From Dimorphilus gyrociliatus (Eukaryota; Animalia; Annelida): a stretch of 64,000 nucleotides of DNA. Positions 38,801 to 53,789 of the stretch are shown here, in pieces (position 1 is the stretch's first letter; each line of letters opens with the position of its first letter). Position numbers and translations under genes: made by a program. The DNA is taken from assembly GCA_904063045.1 (NCBI GenBank), contig CAJFCJ010000010.1, forward strand, positions 744,001 to 808,000. The letters run 5' to 3'. The notes beneath the pieces were generated by a model, which did not search any database, was not told the origin of the DNA, and worked only from the letters and a program-made list of their open reading frames with translations.

Positions 38801-41800
38801 TCCTATTTTTTTCATAAAATACATATAATAATAAATATTATGTAAAGGTTAATAAGTAATCAGTACATTTTAGTTGACATTTAGCAACATGTGTAACTTC
38901 TAAACTTGGGATATGAAATATTAAACGAAATGTTAAAAAATATATGATGTAATTCCCATTCAAATCAGCCAGTGAATAATTTCTTCTCACTAATTATTTA
39001 AGAATTAGGATAATTTAAAAAGAAATATCCAGGGATTTAATAAAATAGAGTGAGAACTCTACTTTTAACAAGAAAATATCAATGTTATACTTTTTTCGGT
39101 TAGAATACTATTTGTTTTATAAAGAGCTGTAAAATAATTATTTTACTTCAAAGAAAACTTGCTAAAATCTATCCAACATTCTTAATTGTCCTTAGCATGT
39201 GCTTAGTATTTATTACTAGAATATATATTCTGTATATACATTTACTTTCATGTCTAAAAAACTGATAATTTCATTAGGTGATGTGTTAAGACCATTATAT
39301 CTCGGACTAAAATTGACTACTATATCAAAGAAACTTTCGCAAATTTCTTCTCCTCTTGTATCTTCAATACATCATATTAAAACAATAACTTATGTTTTTC
39401 ATGTTAAATTTCAGATGAACTTGTACACCTAACCTTTAGTTATAAATCTTGATTTCGTCAAGGCTTCACATTTACCTTCAATAATACTTTTCTCTCAAAC
39501 TGTAGTTTAAGTCGTAGTATAATTACTCATGACTTTTGCAGATAATTTATTTCCCTAAGGAAAAATTATCTGAAAAATAAATATATAAATCCTTCGTTTC
39601 CATAAAATATTTACAATGTCAGTAATCAGTATCTACAATAAATAAAATTTAAATTAGGAATATTTGATAGACTATTTTCTCTTCTTAGAATTATTTAAAA
39701 ACAACATCAGCAACTTTTAAATTATCGCACAAAATTGATATACGAATAATATAGCTGAAATAATAAATCATATATAATCTCCAGATAATTTCAAATGAAA
39801 AGTTACTGCCTTTCATTTAGTTTTTTTATTGAATATTTCATATAGATTTCTTCTAATCTCATACAATGAAGTTTTTAGTGAATTTCCAATTTAAATATTT
39901 TTCCTACTATATGTTTTGTATACATAAAATAATGTAAGGTTACAAAGTGGAAAGAGAGAGAGAGAGAGAGAAAGAGCTAGAGAAGAGCTCTCTTACGATT
40001 TCCCTGAAAGACAGAAGAATATACTTGAATCTTAAGAAATAGACAAAGCAACTCTCGTTATTATTGAATGCTATTTTAAAGAAAGAAATACTTTATAAAG
40101 AAGCCATTAAAAGTTATAAATAGATACAGGCATAAGGAAAGACCACCCCTTGTTTTTTCTTGTTTGCCTAGTTATATTATATGAAAATATTCGTGGTAAT
40201 TCTATTACCTATGCCTATTTTATAAAAATTTATTAATTCTATACTTTCAATCATTACTTATTGTTAGATTTCTTTCATTAGTTTTTCTCTTTCTTTAGTC
40301 TTTTTACAAACTGCTGTTTCCACTAACCAAGTAAAAATCCTAATTACTATACTAAGATACCTATTAAAGCAATTTTTTGTCACCAACTTACATGCTACTA
40401 CTAGGTTACTTTATCCAATTAAATTTGTATTAATTTCTTGACATAATTGCTTATCCAAAATTAGATAGAACTAAACAATTATGATTCAAATTAAATAATT
40501 TATTGAATAATTTTAATCCGTTTATTATAAAAAAAATCCTATTTAAACCAAATTTATTCCATAAAGGATTAAAGTTTAATAAAATTTTCATTTAGCAATT
40601 AAATTTCAATAGAAAAGTATCATAAAAAATGATTTTATACTTGAAAAAATACAATTTTTATTAGTTGTTGGGTAAAACTATGCATCTCTTTACAACTTTT
40701 CTCCATATTAACGTAAAAAGATTCTGAAAGCAAAGATTCGAAATACTAAGGTCAATGTTGATTGAAAGCAATTGCAATTCAAAGAAATGCATTATCTTCT
40801 TATTGTCTAAATACATACTAAATGTAGAGAAAGTAAACTCTCCCTATTCCAACCGCAAATTAGAATCAATAATGTATGAAAAAAGAGCAGAGCAGTGAGA
40901 GGAAAGAAGCGAAAAAAGCACTTAATAAGCTCTTGATAAATGTTCAAAAATAGATCTTTTCATTTGTAAGACACTTAACAAATTAATACTTTTGGAAACT
41001 TTATTTTTGTATAAATAAAATTGAAAATTCGACTATTCATGTTTTGTTTCTTAAGAAAAACGATAAAACACAGCAATGACAGGTACAAGCTAGATTAATG
41101 AATAGTAATTCTCAAATAACGTGATTATTTAAATCATTAATTGAAAAAGGGAAAAGGTAGGAAAACCTAAAATAAAAAGTGTTGGTTTCTTTCTTTTCAG
41201 TTCCATTTTATATTTAAATTACAGATTTTCTAAGGAATTAGCAACAGAAGCTACATTTTAGGGAGGTGATAATCAATCATTCTTAATTAAGAAGGGTAAT
41301 AAGAAATGTAATATTCATTTTTATGTATAAAGATGCAAAGGTAGATATCTTTAGAGTTTTATACAACTTATTGATGTCATAAAAAATATTACTATTTTTG
41401 TCATCCTATCTTACAAATCTAAATTTTTCATTATTTGATGCGGTCTAAGAAAGATGAAAGGTAGATATGGGTCAATTACGAATATCCTGCTTACTACCTA
41501 AGCCTAAGTTTCAAGAATATAGCATTGGAGAAGACGTCGTGGCTGAGAGTATTACTCTTAGACTCTAGAATTATCAGAGAGCGACAGATATTGCAATATA
41601 TTTGCCACGCTATTAAGCTCTGCACCAAGGCATTACCCACCACCTCATCTGATAAATTTAGTTACGCTTATAACATGCCTATATATAGTTTTTAAAAAAT
41701 ATTTTTTGATTTGGTATTTAAGAAAATTCATTCATAGAAACTAATTGATTTAGAATAACAAACTTCATTGATTTAGTATAATTTGATAGAGGTTTAAAGC

Positions 41801-42822
41801 GTCATGCGAACAACAAGTATGTGAGCGTTATGTATGCATTCATGTATATATGTATATGCGCATAAGTGATGGATAGAAGGAAGATGAAAAATGCATCAAG
41901 AATAAATAGTAAAATTATTATAATTTATTGAGTTTTTAGCATTAAACAATATGTTTAGTTAGCTATTCTCACGTGGAATTTGAAAATTATACCAGAAATA
42001 TACGAAAAAAGTGGGCTTAGTTAAAAAGTTTGCCATTTCTTTTCTACCACTCAGCTCTCGTGACCTTCTATCCACCCAGGCTGACTTCCTCTATTATTCA
42101 CCCTTGTCCTAATTAATTTGAGAATAAAAAACCCAGTAACTTTTCCTGGAGGGTATTCAATACATTATCTTGATATTGAATATATGTAACACAAGAAACG
42201 TCTTCATCTGAAAAAAAGTAAAAATAATTATATTAAATTGTACGCAAGATGGCGGGCAAGATTGGATTTTTCATTAAAACACTGATTTTTCTTTTTTGTA
42301 AAGTAAGAAGTAGTAACCTCTTTTCGTTCGTGAAGAAAAAGAGAAAGATTCAGAGTAAATTATAGTCTTTTTATCTTCTTAAAACGTGATATGTTAACGA
42401 AGATATCGCTAATTTAGAATAATTTAAATCTTAGTATAACCTCCCACCATATAGACGAATTCTCTACAAACTAATGGTTAGTGATGATACGAAGATGCAC
42501 AATAGTTTGGTACTGGGATTTATTTATTACAATGTCAAACGTGTGCTGAAGTCTCTCACCGACGGATAAAAACCTCTTTATTATTGACCGGAACACCTTT
42601 TATGTCACGCAGTAGTATTACATAACGATTTCACGGATACAGCTGACAAACTAGGCCCAGAAATTGAGACATGTGCTGCCACCTACCATCCGTATTTTAT
42701 CCTTACAAGTTTATATTAATGCCTTAAATACTATTGGTTTCCAAGAGAAGACAGGTTGCAACAACAAAAACAAAACATACTGTGAAAATACTGATTCTTG
42801 GACGAATACTACTTTTCAAATA

Positions 42823-43773
42823 ATGAATAATTCTTCAACTACGTTAGAAGAAGAAAATATTCAAAAATTATTAACTTGGAGTTTACCTTTTATCGTTTGC
42901 TTGGGTCTCGTTGGAAATACTGTTTCTTTTGTAGTTCTGACAAGTAGCAAATTTCGCTCTGCTCCCATATATTTCTTTCTATCTCTTCTAGCTATTGCAG
43001 ATACATTTGTTTTGCTGTTAAGTGCTTTTAAGACTTATCTGAGACTATTGACAGGATTTGAATTATTACATTGGTCAGAATTTGGCTGTAAGCTACTTTT
43101 CTATTTAACTCAGCATTTTCAATATTTATCATCATGGCTTTTGGTACTAGTAACATTTGATCGATGTGTTGCTGTTTGTGCTTCTCTGAAATCAAACATA
43201 CTATTGACAATCGGAAGGGCTCGGTTCGTTGCCCTGGTCTTAAATGTCTTAGTTTTTGCACTTAATGCTCATTTATTTGTCAACTATAAATTAACAGATA
43301 CTGATGGACGACTATCCTGTCATGCGAAATTAAATCCTTTCTCGATAAAAGTTTTCCCACTTTTAAAACTTTGGACTTATAGTCTAATACCAATAATACT
43401 TGTTCTTTGTATGAACTCGGCTATTATATTTAAATTACTCAAAGGAACAGCCTTTCGAGAGTTAAGATCGAATTCCGCTCAGCAATCTAGACGAAGGAAC
43501 ATCAGAGTTGTCGTTATGCTATTATTTGTAACTGCTTCTTGGATCGTTTTTACCTGCCCTTTGTCAATATGGTTGCTAGTTGCCGATAGATCTGCCGATT
43601 CAGGATTGTGGTTTAAGACATGGTGTTTTCTCCTCATGTATTTAAATCACGCTACCAACTTTATATTCTACTGTCTTAATGGAAACAAATTTAGACACGA
43701 GCTCAAGAGAAAATTCTCTTGTAAGAAACAATTAAAAAGACAAGATACATTCCTTCTAGGTTTAAGACTTTAA
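42823..43773 (+). CDS. Orphan class A peptide-type GPCR, paralog B, intronless (316 aa from ATG 42823)
   Basis: MNNSSTTLEEENIQKLLTWSLP aligns with paralog A MNNSTD...ENVREILLWSLP; SSWLLVLVTFDRCVAV; NHATNFIFYCLNGNKFR. The ORF track start at 42664 is a non-ATG extension. Confidence 0.92.
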   Translation: MNNSSTTLEEENIQKLLTWSLPFIVCLGLVGNTVSFVVLTSSKFRSAPIYFFLSLLAIADTFVLLLSAFKTYLRLLTGFELLHWSEFGCKLLFYLTQHFQYLSSWLLVLVTFDRCVAVCASLKSNILLTIGRARFVALVLNVLVFALNAHLFVNYKLTDTDGRLSCHAKLNPFSIKVFPLLKLWTYSLIPIILVLCMNSAIIFKLLKGTAFRELRSNSAQQSRRRNIRVVVMLLFVTASWIVFTCPLSIWLLVADRSADSGLWFKTWCFLLMYLNHATNFIFYCLNGNKFRHELKRKFSCKKQLKRQDTFLLGLRL

Positions 43774-46700
43774 AATTATGGATATTTTTTATGATAAGAA
43801 TACTTTTAATTACAACTCATTTGACAACTTCTATTGCAGCTATAAAAATGTCTAGATAAAGGTTTTTTCCTGATTATTCTATTAGAAAACGAATGAATCC
43901 GTAAAAAATTCATCGCGTGATTAAAAGATTGTGCATCTCTATCTATCTAATACTATCCTTCTTGGTAAAACTTTGGAACATAAAGATTGATTGATGGAAC
44001 CATCGGAAGTTGCCTTATACCCTCTATATTAAATGCTATAGGTTTTTATCATAATTTCAATTATTATTTAATGCTTAGGATTAGTACGAGATCACTCATT
44101 TGTAAATTTTAAGTTAAATGTCCGCCCCTTCTAGCTCAGAGATACACAGATGCTCTCACTCTTTATATATATCTAACTTTTACTTCTCTATCATATCTAT
44201 ATACTTCTTGGCAAAAGAAATAGTTTCCTTCTACTGCCAACTGCCACAATTTGAACAATTAGATAAAATGTGCAGCAGAAAAATCAATTGACAAACATAC
44301 CTAGCAGATTGTTGCTTTTAATCAGTGAAAATTTTACTTTCTGTTTTTTAATAGCATGTTGGATTTATCACATCTGGAAATGCTATAAAAATATTTCCAC
44401 TGTTTTTTGGTAAGAGAACAAAAAAATTTAAAAAAACGGGTATATCATTATTATACTTATACTCTCACATCAATACGACACGTACTATGGTTTTTGTATG
44501 GAAATTAAGTACTTTATTACAAAGTATAGGTAAAAGTATTGTATAAAGAATTTTTTTTACTATAATCTTCTGTGCTTAGAAGAAAGAATATAACTTTGGA
44601 ACTTTCTTCATATTTTTTCAACTGATATCTCACCTTTTTTCTCCTATAGTATAATCTTTTCTTCTCTACTATTCTTGTTTTTACTTATAGATGTATAGTA
44701 TTATTACTGTGATAAAATAAGGTTGTAAGCATCTTTACTTTGATGAGATGAGAAAAAAAATATAACTTACATAGTCGAATTTAGTTAAAGTTATCGTTAT
44801 TTTCCGTAATCTAATACTATTTAGATTTTAAAAAATCAGGTATATCACCAGTTTTGTCATAAAATTTGGTAAGGGAAATAAATGAAATGCTAAAGGGATA
44901 AAAATAAAGTCTCTATATATTAGAGCATTTTTTTTATTATTGTAAAGTCTTTGATAAATGCGACTTCTACCCATTTAACAGTTTCCCTTAAACCGATTCA
45001 GAAGAAAGGGAGATAAGAAACTTTAAATATCTCACTTCACTTGTCTCTCTCCCTCTCTTTAAATTTCTCTTTCTCTCTCTCTAACTCTTTCTCTTTCGCT
45101 TTCCGTTTCTTTCAGTCTCTAGGTATGTATACTTCTTTACCAAAAGTATTTGTTAAATTGATAATAATTTCAAGCTTTCGTATAATTTATTACTTATATG
45201 TAATCGTTAAAGATTATTATGAATAATAAGCTTACGTGATATATCTTCATCTGACGCTTTTACACCTTCAACACGTCTCTCATGTTTTTTTTTTCAGTTA
45301 TCATTCTACTCGTCTCCAGTTCGCAAAAAAAGATATCTGTATATATCTTATTCGTTGAATAAACGATACAATGATATTTATAACTTCTATTCTACTATTC
45401 ATATCTAGAATGTGCGCCTATGCATTCTTAAGTAACATACCATTACAAGATGCAGTCACCTATGCAGTTGAAACATTTCAAAAGCAAGAGTAGATAATTA
45501 CATATAAAAGCTAATAAAAATTCAATATATCCTTAGCTTTCACTATAAATTTACTTATAAACGAGCTGAAATTCTTTTATAGTGATATTATATTCTTTAA
45601 TTTAATCTTATTTATTAGATAATCTGAAAATAGCAAAACAAGTATAAAATTAAACAGATTATTTCAACTATTATTATAGTCACGGAATGAAACACGTTAT
45701 CGTTATATTCAGAAGAATTGATGCTGCTTCTAAGTCTTAAGTAAGATTAAATTTCACACCAAGAGAAATAGACTAAATAAAATTTGTTTTTAGTAAATAA
45801 ATAAATTACAATAATACTTGTTTTTTGAATAAATGTTACTAGATATATGATTTTATATATTAATCTTAACTTTAAGTTAAGAAGACGTTATTATATTCGA
45901 ATATGACATAAAAATACTTCAAAGAAGTTTAAGTTGATAATATAAATATAATCATATTATAATTCATAGATTGAGATGTTTTATCGGTTATTAAATATAT
46001 AAAGCTAATGAAATAAGTTTCTGTAGCTGTGTTTAATTCTCTCTCCTCAACTGACCTTGGAATGCAAATATTGGTAAAAATTATTTTAAAGAATTAATTC
46101 AATAGGATTTTATTATTTATAAGAGAAAGTCTATTAATATTTCCTCCATATAAAACCATATATACAGTACTAATATATAAGTATATATATCATATATGTA
46201 ATACACATTCCTTACTCAGAATTGCATACTTATTAAAAAGGTAAATTAATCCTCTGTTAATAGTTATTATACCTATCACGTTATCGGAATCTAAGGATAA
46301 AGCAGAACTTTGGTATAGTTTAACGAAAAGTAAAGTTATTGATTTATAGAGAATGAAATAGAGAAGCAAAAAAATAGGATGTAGAGATTTAATAAAATGG
46401 TTACTTAAGATTTTCTTACGAAATAATCCCCTTGTGAATGCTTCTCATAAGCTAACCTATTTATGGCACTTCCAGATACTGTATACGTTATCCTTATAAT
46501 ATAAAGACTCTTTTTAAACGTCTATTCTAACTTCAGGAACCTTCATATCTAGGAAAATGTTCATTATTTTTAATAAAACTATACATGCAAAAGCAGATTT
46601 TAGAAAACAGCGTTACGTTGATTGCTAAAAAGTATTCGACATTAGAATTATGTATTCCAGAAACGCTAGACGGTTATTTAAATTTTTTGAATTTAGGTTA

Positions 46701-47629
46701 ATTACTAGTCAATATTTGTGAGAAATGCGTTTTTTTTCCAAATAATAGGTTTGCTCTCTTGTGCTAAATATATATTAAATTATCTTCCCTCTACTATTAA
46801 CCTGAAAAATCCCTCTGTTATTCATTTTAAGGGAATAGCCAGAAAATATCGAATTGTAAACAAAAACATAAAGTATATTATTACTTTTCGTAGCTTGTTT
46901 AAAAATCATCAGTATGTCTATTTAATAGCCTTCAAGACATCCGACATGTTTTATTAAAATTAGCCAATTAAAAGTGATAAATTCCTTTTTTTCGTTCTAT
47001 AAAAGCTCCTTTGGGAGTTTCGGACAAACAAAATAACAGAGACACTTATTGATCCTTTCTCGACAACTATTTATTTCATAATACCAATATATATCTATCT
47101 ATATATATTAGTATATATATTATTAAATCAAATATACATTTATATATATATATGTGCTGTATATTAGAAAGTCATATATATCAAAATATATACTTTCAAG
47201 CGAAAACCAAGTTTACAGCAAATTCCTTTTACGGAGTACTTCTGAGAAAAACACTTACCCTTTTATAAAAGAGGTGGTCTGCTATTATCGATAAAATTGT
47301 TTATTTAGACAATTTTACCATTGAGCATGTATTATATAACAGAATAAACTAATAGATGGCAATTTATTTATTTCAAGTTTTCTAAATATAATATGTAAAA
47401 AACTCGACTATATACTCAACCTACATACTAAATATACTAACTAGATAGCTATATAGATCTATTTATACTAATATATATTAGTATACACACATAGATATAT
47501 ATATATACAGTAACAATAATAAGTAATATTAAGTCATAAGGTGATTATTTGGTGTTATATAATTTTGATTTGCCTTATCATCATATTAGATCTGTACGTG
47601 AAGTCTTGATTGAAACACTGTAAAAGTTA

Positions 47630-47840
47630 GTTAATTTGCTTCCTTTTTAGAGTTGGATTTAGAAGGGCCTATTTTTCAACTCTTCCATTTCAACTTGTAT
47701 TTGCATAAAACCTTTTTGACATCAGACAATGATATCTGAACAGTACAGTTTGGTAAAATTTCTTGTGCTGTCCAGTTTGGTTTACATCTTCATTTTTTTG
47801 TAATCTACAATTTCATTTTCCTTGTTATTGTTTGTGATCT
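47630..47840 (-). mobile_element. Decayed Tc1 transposase N-terminal (HTH) fragment
   Basis: Minus-strand reading KPNWTAQEILPNCTVQISLSDVKKVLCKYKLKWKS*KIGP resembles Tc1 KNPxxTAxEL....VSxSTVRRxLxxxGLxxRxxRKKP. Confidence 0.5.
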
Positions 47841-48299
47841 GGGAGATAATAACTCTTAATTGTAACGTCATAGCAACTGTGTTAAAATTACTTAATAGCT
47901 TGTGAAATAATCTATACCATAAACATATTTTGGTCGTCAAAAAATTCACATGTTTAAAACTTTTTATCCCTTGTTATAATTAGTTATTATTGTGACTGTA
48001 TATATACATCTATAAATAAGAGTTATAAGTAATAACTCGATAATATCTTCAAAAAAACTCATCAGTACATAGTATGTTTTGTAGCAACAGTGGAAATTTA
48101 TGCATCATTTCTCTTTGCTATTAGCATAAAAAAAACTCTCTTATAAACGATAAATCTACCTTAGAAAATAGAAATTTTTAGGCCCTTCTTGTTCAATTCA
48201 AACAGTGAGCAAATTTGATTAACTAAAAAGTTATGCTTTCAGACAACTACTTACATTAAAAGGACTCTTATTAGTTTTCTTTTGGATTCTCAATGGTTG

Positions 48300-49100
48300 A
48301 CAATACAATCAACAAGTTTAATAGGAGTATAGTGGATAGAATGTTCTTTTTTTTGCATTTTAAATCAATTCTAAGCTATCATTTAAATATACGAGTTTTA
48401 ATTCTTGGATGCTATAAAATTGTCTCCATTCTCTACAAACTAGCCTTGTTGTAACTTTCCGGATATTTCAATAATACGGAAGCGTGGAGAATTTGCTGGC
48501 CACAGTCAAAACGTCAAATTTTTCTTCTTATAGATGCTACTACTTCGTTGTAAAAATCTTTAGTACTTAACTAGAATAAAGTGTTCGCTTTATAGGCCGT
48601 GGGCCTGAGGCAAAAACTAATCTCTTGGAGTATTAGTGTGGTTTTGTACATTCGTCCTTGTCTTTCATAATGCCACAGTAATCTTTCATTTAGAGAAAAC
48701 TCGTCCCTAAATCATAATACTACTTCCCTTCAAATTATTTCTTAGAAACATTTTGCCTCATATGAAGTTAGCATCATTAAGATCATATCTATCATTCAAT
48801 TTTTTCTATAAAGACAATTTTATTCTACGAATGAAATTAATGGGTTTCACGCCCTCGGTTAACTCTGATTGCTCTATATTTTTAGCTTTTTGCCTTTAAA
48901 ACAATTTCAATTGTTTCGAATACTCCAATGACCGTTTAATTGATTTTTACCAGCAATTTTTTTTATTCAAAGGAGAGTTGCAACTTTTTTTCCAAAGCCA
49001 TTACTCTGCAATCTCTTCTTCCCACCTATCTTTTATCCTAATACCATAATAATTGGGGATGCCAAGGGAAACTTGCGATAGAAGAATTATATCTATTGAT
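48300..49100 (-). mobile_element. Decayed Tc1/Tc3-like transposase
   Basis: Minus strand: KMFLRNNLKGSSIMI*GRVFS (48696-48760, cf. FSRRNFGGGSVMVWGAFS), WPANSP (48482-48502, cf. WPARSPDLNPIE), and ENGRQFYSIQELKTRI with one frameshift (about 48390-48435). Many stops; TIRs not identified. Confidence 0.7.
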
Positions 49101-51524
49101 TTTAAAGTGAATCTTTCCAGCTGAATAGTTTTCCTCTGTTAAAATTAGAATTTTTTACTCTTTTCACATTACTTAACTATATTCCGCCTACTATTTAACA
49201 AATGTTAATTACAGTTAACGAGATCTATTATTATCTATTGGCGCCTATAGAAAAATTCTAATCTCTGATCTATTTGAACAATTTTTATAATTAGGAGAAA
49301 ATTTTGGCATAAAAAAATTCTATCTCCTTTGCAGATCTTATTTCTTTCTCCCACAGAAGAATAAGAAAAAAGTTAAATAAACTATTTAATCAAATAATGA
49401 AATATAACAAATTATTTAAAAAAAATAGGAAGAAACTTGTAATTCAGTCGCAGTTTCTCTTAATTTAATAAATATAATAAAATAAGATTGCGAGGATAGT
49501 AAATATTAAAAATTGGTAAAGGAAAAAAAAAACAACAGAAAAGCTACATTGTAATTTTATTTCTTTTTATTAATTTGTAAAATATGATATTGAATTGATA
49601 CTGAAAAAAACCAAACCAGATGTAAAAAGAATAAAATACGTATGGGTGTTGTTAGATTAGAATGCATTTGACGTATTTAAATGCTATATAAATTTATATG
49701 ATTTGTTAGAGAAAAGAAAATTGTTTCATATTTTTTTTTCATCGTCCAAACTTTTACAGAAAGAACGTTTGTTTGTTTTTTTTTGGAAAATGAGTTATAT
49801 TTATATCTTTTATTACTTTTAACTCTTAAAATACAATATTTTACATTTATTGTTCTATTTAAATACATGAAAATCGACTATTTTTAAAAATAGTATTTTT
49901 TGTTGATATACTGTATACAGGGCATATAGACTCAATGTTCACCTATATCTTTACTATTTTCTCAAGCTATTTAATAAAGTTAATTTGAAAAAAATAAGAA
50001 GAAAAAACATCTTAAATATTCATTTGCATTCTCTGGTTTCGTCTATTTTCTTTCTCTTCTGTTAAATATTTAAAAATGTTAAAAAAAGGCTTGAGATTAC
50101 ACCTTCTCCTTCTTATTCTTCTTCTTCTTTCTCTTCTTTATCATCTACCTCATTATATCACTCAGTATGCAAAATAAATTGAGCTCAATGAAACTTTTAG
50201 CATTTTTTACTAATCTTGATACCAAATTTCCAGATTCTCCTATAAATAGGGAAAATTGACAATTTTCTGCTTTCTCTTTTTTCATTATTAAATGGAAAAC
50301 ATCAGGGTATGAGAAAAGTTAGGGTCAAATCTATTTTCACGCGGTAGAGCGAATAACAATACCAAACTGATAAAGTATTGCTCTTTTCCATTCGACTATT
50401 CATTTGGGGCAGCGTATCCTAAGCCCATCCAATTTTTAATTAATGAACGGAATACGTCAATAAACAATACCTTTTCCACAAATATACGATAAAACATAGT
50501 GTTTCATTATTTGAAACACCAGATGCCGCCCTTCTTTTACGTATTCCGTTCTTGGTGATTTAGGTTGTCACCAGATGGAGTTAGTGTATTGTATGATGAA
50601 CTGATAGTCTATTACCTTAATATAAAGTCGGCGTCCTTAGAAAGAGGGTTCTTACGTAAATTCTCAAAACAATATGCTATTACGTAGTTTACGGTGTGTA
50701 AAAGCATTGAAACCTTTCTTAAGATAAAAATAATAAACGTCTACTATTAAGAGATTATTATCATTTATCATTAACTCTTAACGGTTGATTCAGTTAACAT
50801 CTCATCCTCCTCCCTATTCATTATCTAGCCTTTTTTAGTAGAAAATTAGAAACTAGAGTAAAAATAATGAAGGAAAATATAACAATATATAAAGAGGAAG
50901 TGGAGAAAGGAGCGTAAATTGCATTCTATCTAAATTGTCATTCATTCAGAACAATATATAAAAACGAAAAAGAAAAGAAAAAGGAACCTAGTAATTTAAC
51001 TAATAAAAAGATCTTATTGAAATAATTCTGTCCGTGGGTCTAACTAAAATACGTTTTCAGTATATATTTTTTCCTTTTTAATAGCTCTTGACCTTTTTTT
51101 TTAAAAAAAAATAATTACTATCAATTAAACATAACTGTTTATATAACAATAATTTAAAAACTTGTTTTTATATACTAATATATAAACTATTTATAGACTT
51201 TTATGTATATAGAAAGATATTTGTATATGAAAAAATAAAAACATTATTAAATGCTTTTTATCTTTCTTTTTTAATCAATACATATACAAAATTTCTATAC
51301 ATTTATATCCTTTTTTTGTTATTTGAAATAGAGTAGCTCTTTTTCACAGGATTTTATAATTATTTTCATTATAATACCCACATGAGAAAATAACATCATG
51401 TAATTTATTTCCTTCTACCTTCTTCTTCTTCTGCTTCTTCTTCGTCTTCTTCTAAGCTGCTTTTTCACCTTGATCTTCCTATTTATTATTCCATTGTTTG
51501 TTTACATATATCACGTTTATGTAA

Positions 51525-51560
<36 letters not shown>

Positions 51561-51989
51561 CTGTATATAACCTAATTTTTAAAATTTATTCTACTTCTTA
51601 TATGTCAGTAAAATCAATTTTTTACCTTTTTCTTTATTATTTATGTTCATTCGCACTTTTTGCTTAATAAAATTAGTATATTTAAAAATAGAATAATATT
51701 AGATATATTAGATTATATTACAGGTCTTTTTTAGTTCTTTTTATTTTTCAACTATTCCCTTTAAAAAGATACATTGTGTCTTGTTTGTTAGACCTTGTCT
51801 CCCTTTCTTTTTCTACCTTTATACTTTATCTATGTTATCTAGTCTAAACTTGTATAATAGTTAGTAAGTATGAGTTAATTTTATAGATGAAAAAGAAATA
51901 AATACAATTAATAAGTCTAGGGTATAAATGGGAGACGATTTAATTAATTGGGTCAAAGGGCATCGTATTAAAATTAAAGTGTTTTTTTT

Positions 51990-52720
51990 ATTATTTTTTT
52001 TTTAAAGCGCATATTTGCATATTGCTAAAGGGACGACGGTCAGTTAAAAGCCAAGTAGTCGTAAAACATTTACGCAGATCGTCACAAAGAAGAAAATCCG
52101 CGTTGAACACGCAAATCGACCATAGACTGTCTATGGGATTACTCGTTCAACTTACATAATCGGGGCAATAAAGCTCGAAAAGTTCGTCCCAATTAACGCC
52201 ACCCTATGAAAAAAAGAGAGTGAACTAGTGAGAAGATAGCAGTGCAACGGGGTTGTTTAGAAAAAGGAGAGAGGGGGAGAATTTGAAGGACATTTAAAAA
52301 AGAGTGAGACGGCCTTATGCGGGCGAAAATCGGTAAAATTTATCACCATGGGGGGTCAATTCGGAATTCTTTCCCCTCCTCCTCTCCCTCGCATGCTCTC
52401 TCTCTATTAAGAGTTATAGTCATCATTTTCTCTTTCTCTGCTCTTTCGAATTTCGTCATTCCTTTACTTTTTCGAAAAAATTTTAGAAACAATGGAAAAA
52501 AATTTCTTTTATTTCCAAGTGAGAAAACCGGCTAAATCAAAGTGCTTGAGTGGGAACCGCTTTTTTCATCGTTTCGGCGCCCGTTTTCCTTGTCTTACGA
52601 ACAACAGGCGATAAGATCGGAGCGGATTGCGACGGTTTGCTTTATCTAAGTGCGAAACATTTTTAATTATGCAAATTGCGTAGCGCCGAAGCGAAAGTGC
52701 GACTTTCGAGGAGATTATAA
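51990..52720. promoter_or_regulatory. GC/CpG-rich non-coding island, candidate enhancer (about 4.3 kb 3' of the T-box gene)
   Basis: Abrupt rise in GC and CpG over the AT-rich background with no convincing ORF. Contains ATTTGCAT (52013) and TAATTATGCAAAT (52664-52676), AGTGGGAA (about 52548) and GATAAG (about 52610). Confidence 0.4.
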
Positions 52721-53789
52721 AACGCAAAAATAATAGAATATTATTGTTTATTTTTCTTTAAATTATTAAAATTAGGGACACATCTCTATATAGGCTGAAT
52801 TATGCTAATTAGGTATTACATAGGTTATGTCTACGTGAAAAAAAATTTAAATATATAATTTTCGGTTGTTAAGCGTTAATTGTGTAACGAAGCAAACGTC
52901 GTTGTATAATTATACAAATGGCGGAGAGTTTTCGGCTAGAGAAAGTTAATTTTCCTCTTGTTTTGGTTTATTTTTACATTTTTAGCCCTATAAACAAAAA
53001 TTGGTAAAAATTAAATATTAATCTTTTTAGAAGCCCCTATCGAATAATTAATTTCGATGGTTTGATAAAAGCAAAGAAGAAAAAACGAAGCGGATCTTGT
53101 TTTATATCCTTTCTTATCTTGTCTGAAAATCTTTCTCTTCTTGAACTCTATATCTATAATAAATAACTTTAAGGATATAAAAAAGAGTACCATTTTGCCA
53201 TATACCTTTTTATAATGTATTTGTAGAAGGAATAAGAAAATATAAAAGGAAAGCAAAATAATACATGTGATTCTTTTCATTAGCATAGAACTCTCACACT
53301 GGTAACAAATTCCGCTGCAATTATACAAGTGTCAACTGGTAAATAAGATGAAATTGCTAATTGCAATAATTATTTAAATTAAAAGCAAGTTAGCCAAGAG
53401 AAGGAGAAACTTTAAAGAGAATAATATCGAATATATAGAAAAAAAAACTCGGACTGCATATTGTAAAAAAAAAATTCGCCAACTAATCACTCTTTATTAA
53501 AAAAGCTAATTAATGGTACCAATCACACTAGAGTTATAGCAGGAGTCTAATAAATGAAATGTCGGATGCAATAATTAAGCGAAACTTGATACATTGCCTA
53601 CAGGATAGTCTGTAAATAGACTTGATATTCCTGAGCAGAATAATATATATGCTTTTAAATATATACTTCAATAAATTCATATATTTTCAGATTAATGTCT
53701 ATCTATTCTATACAAACAAGGAAAAAAAAACAAAATAATATTTTATCTATATTGTTTGCTGTATTATAAAGAGAGTTTCTAGATGGAAG

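Noticed and set aside
52118-52136. Perfect short palindrome CCATAGAC-T-GTCTATGG
   Set aside because: An 8-bp stem with a 1-nt loop is expected occasionally by chance and is too small for a structured RNA; it may only be a dimeric TF site within the island.
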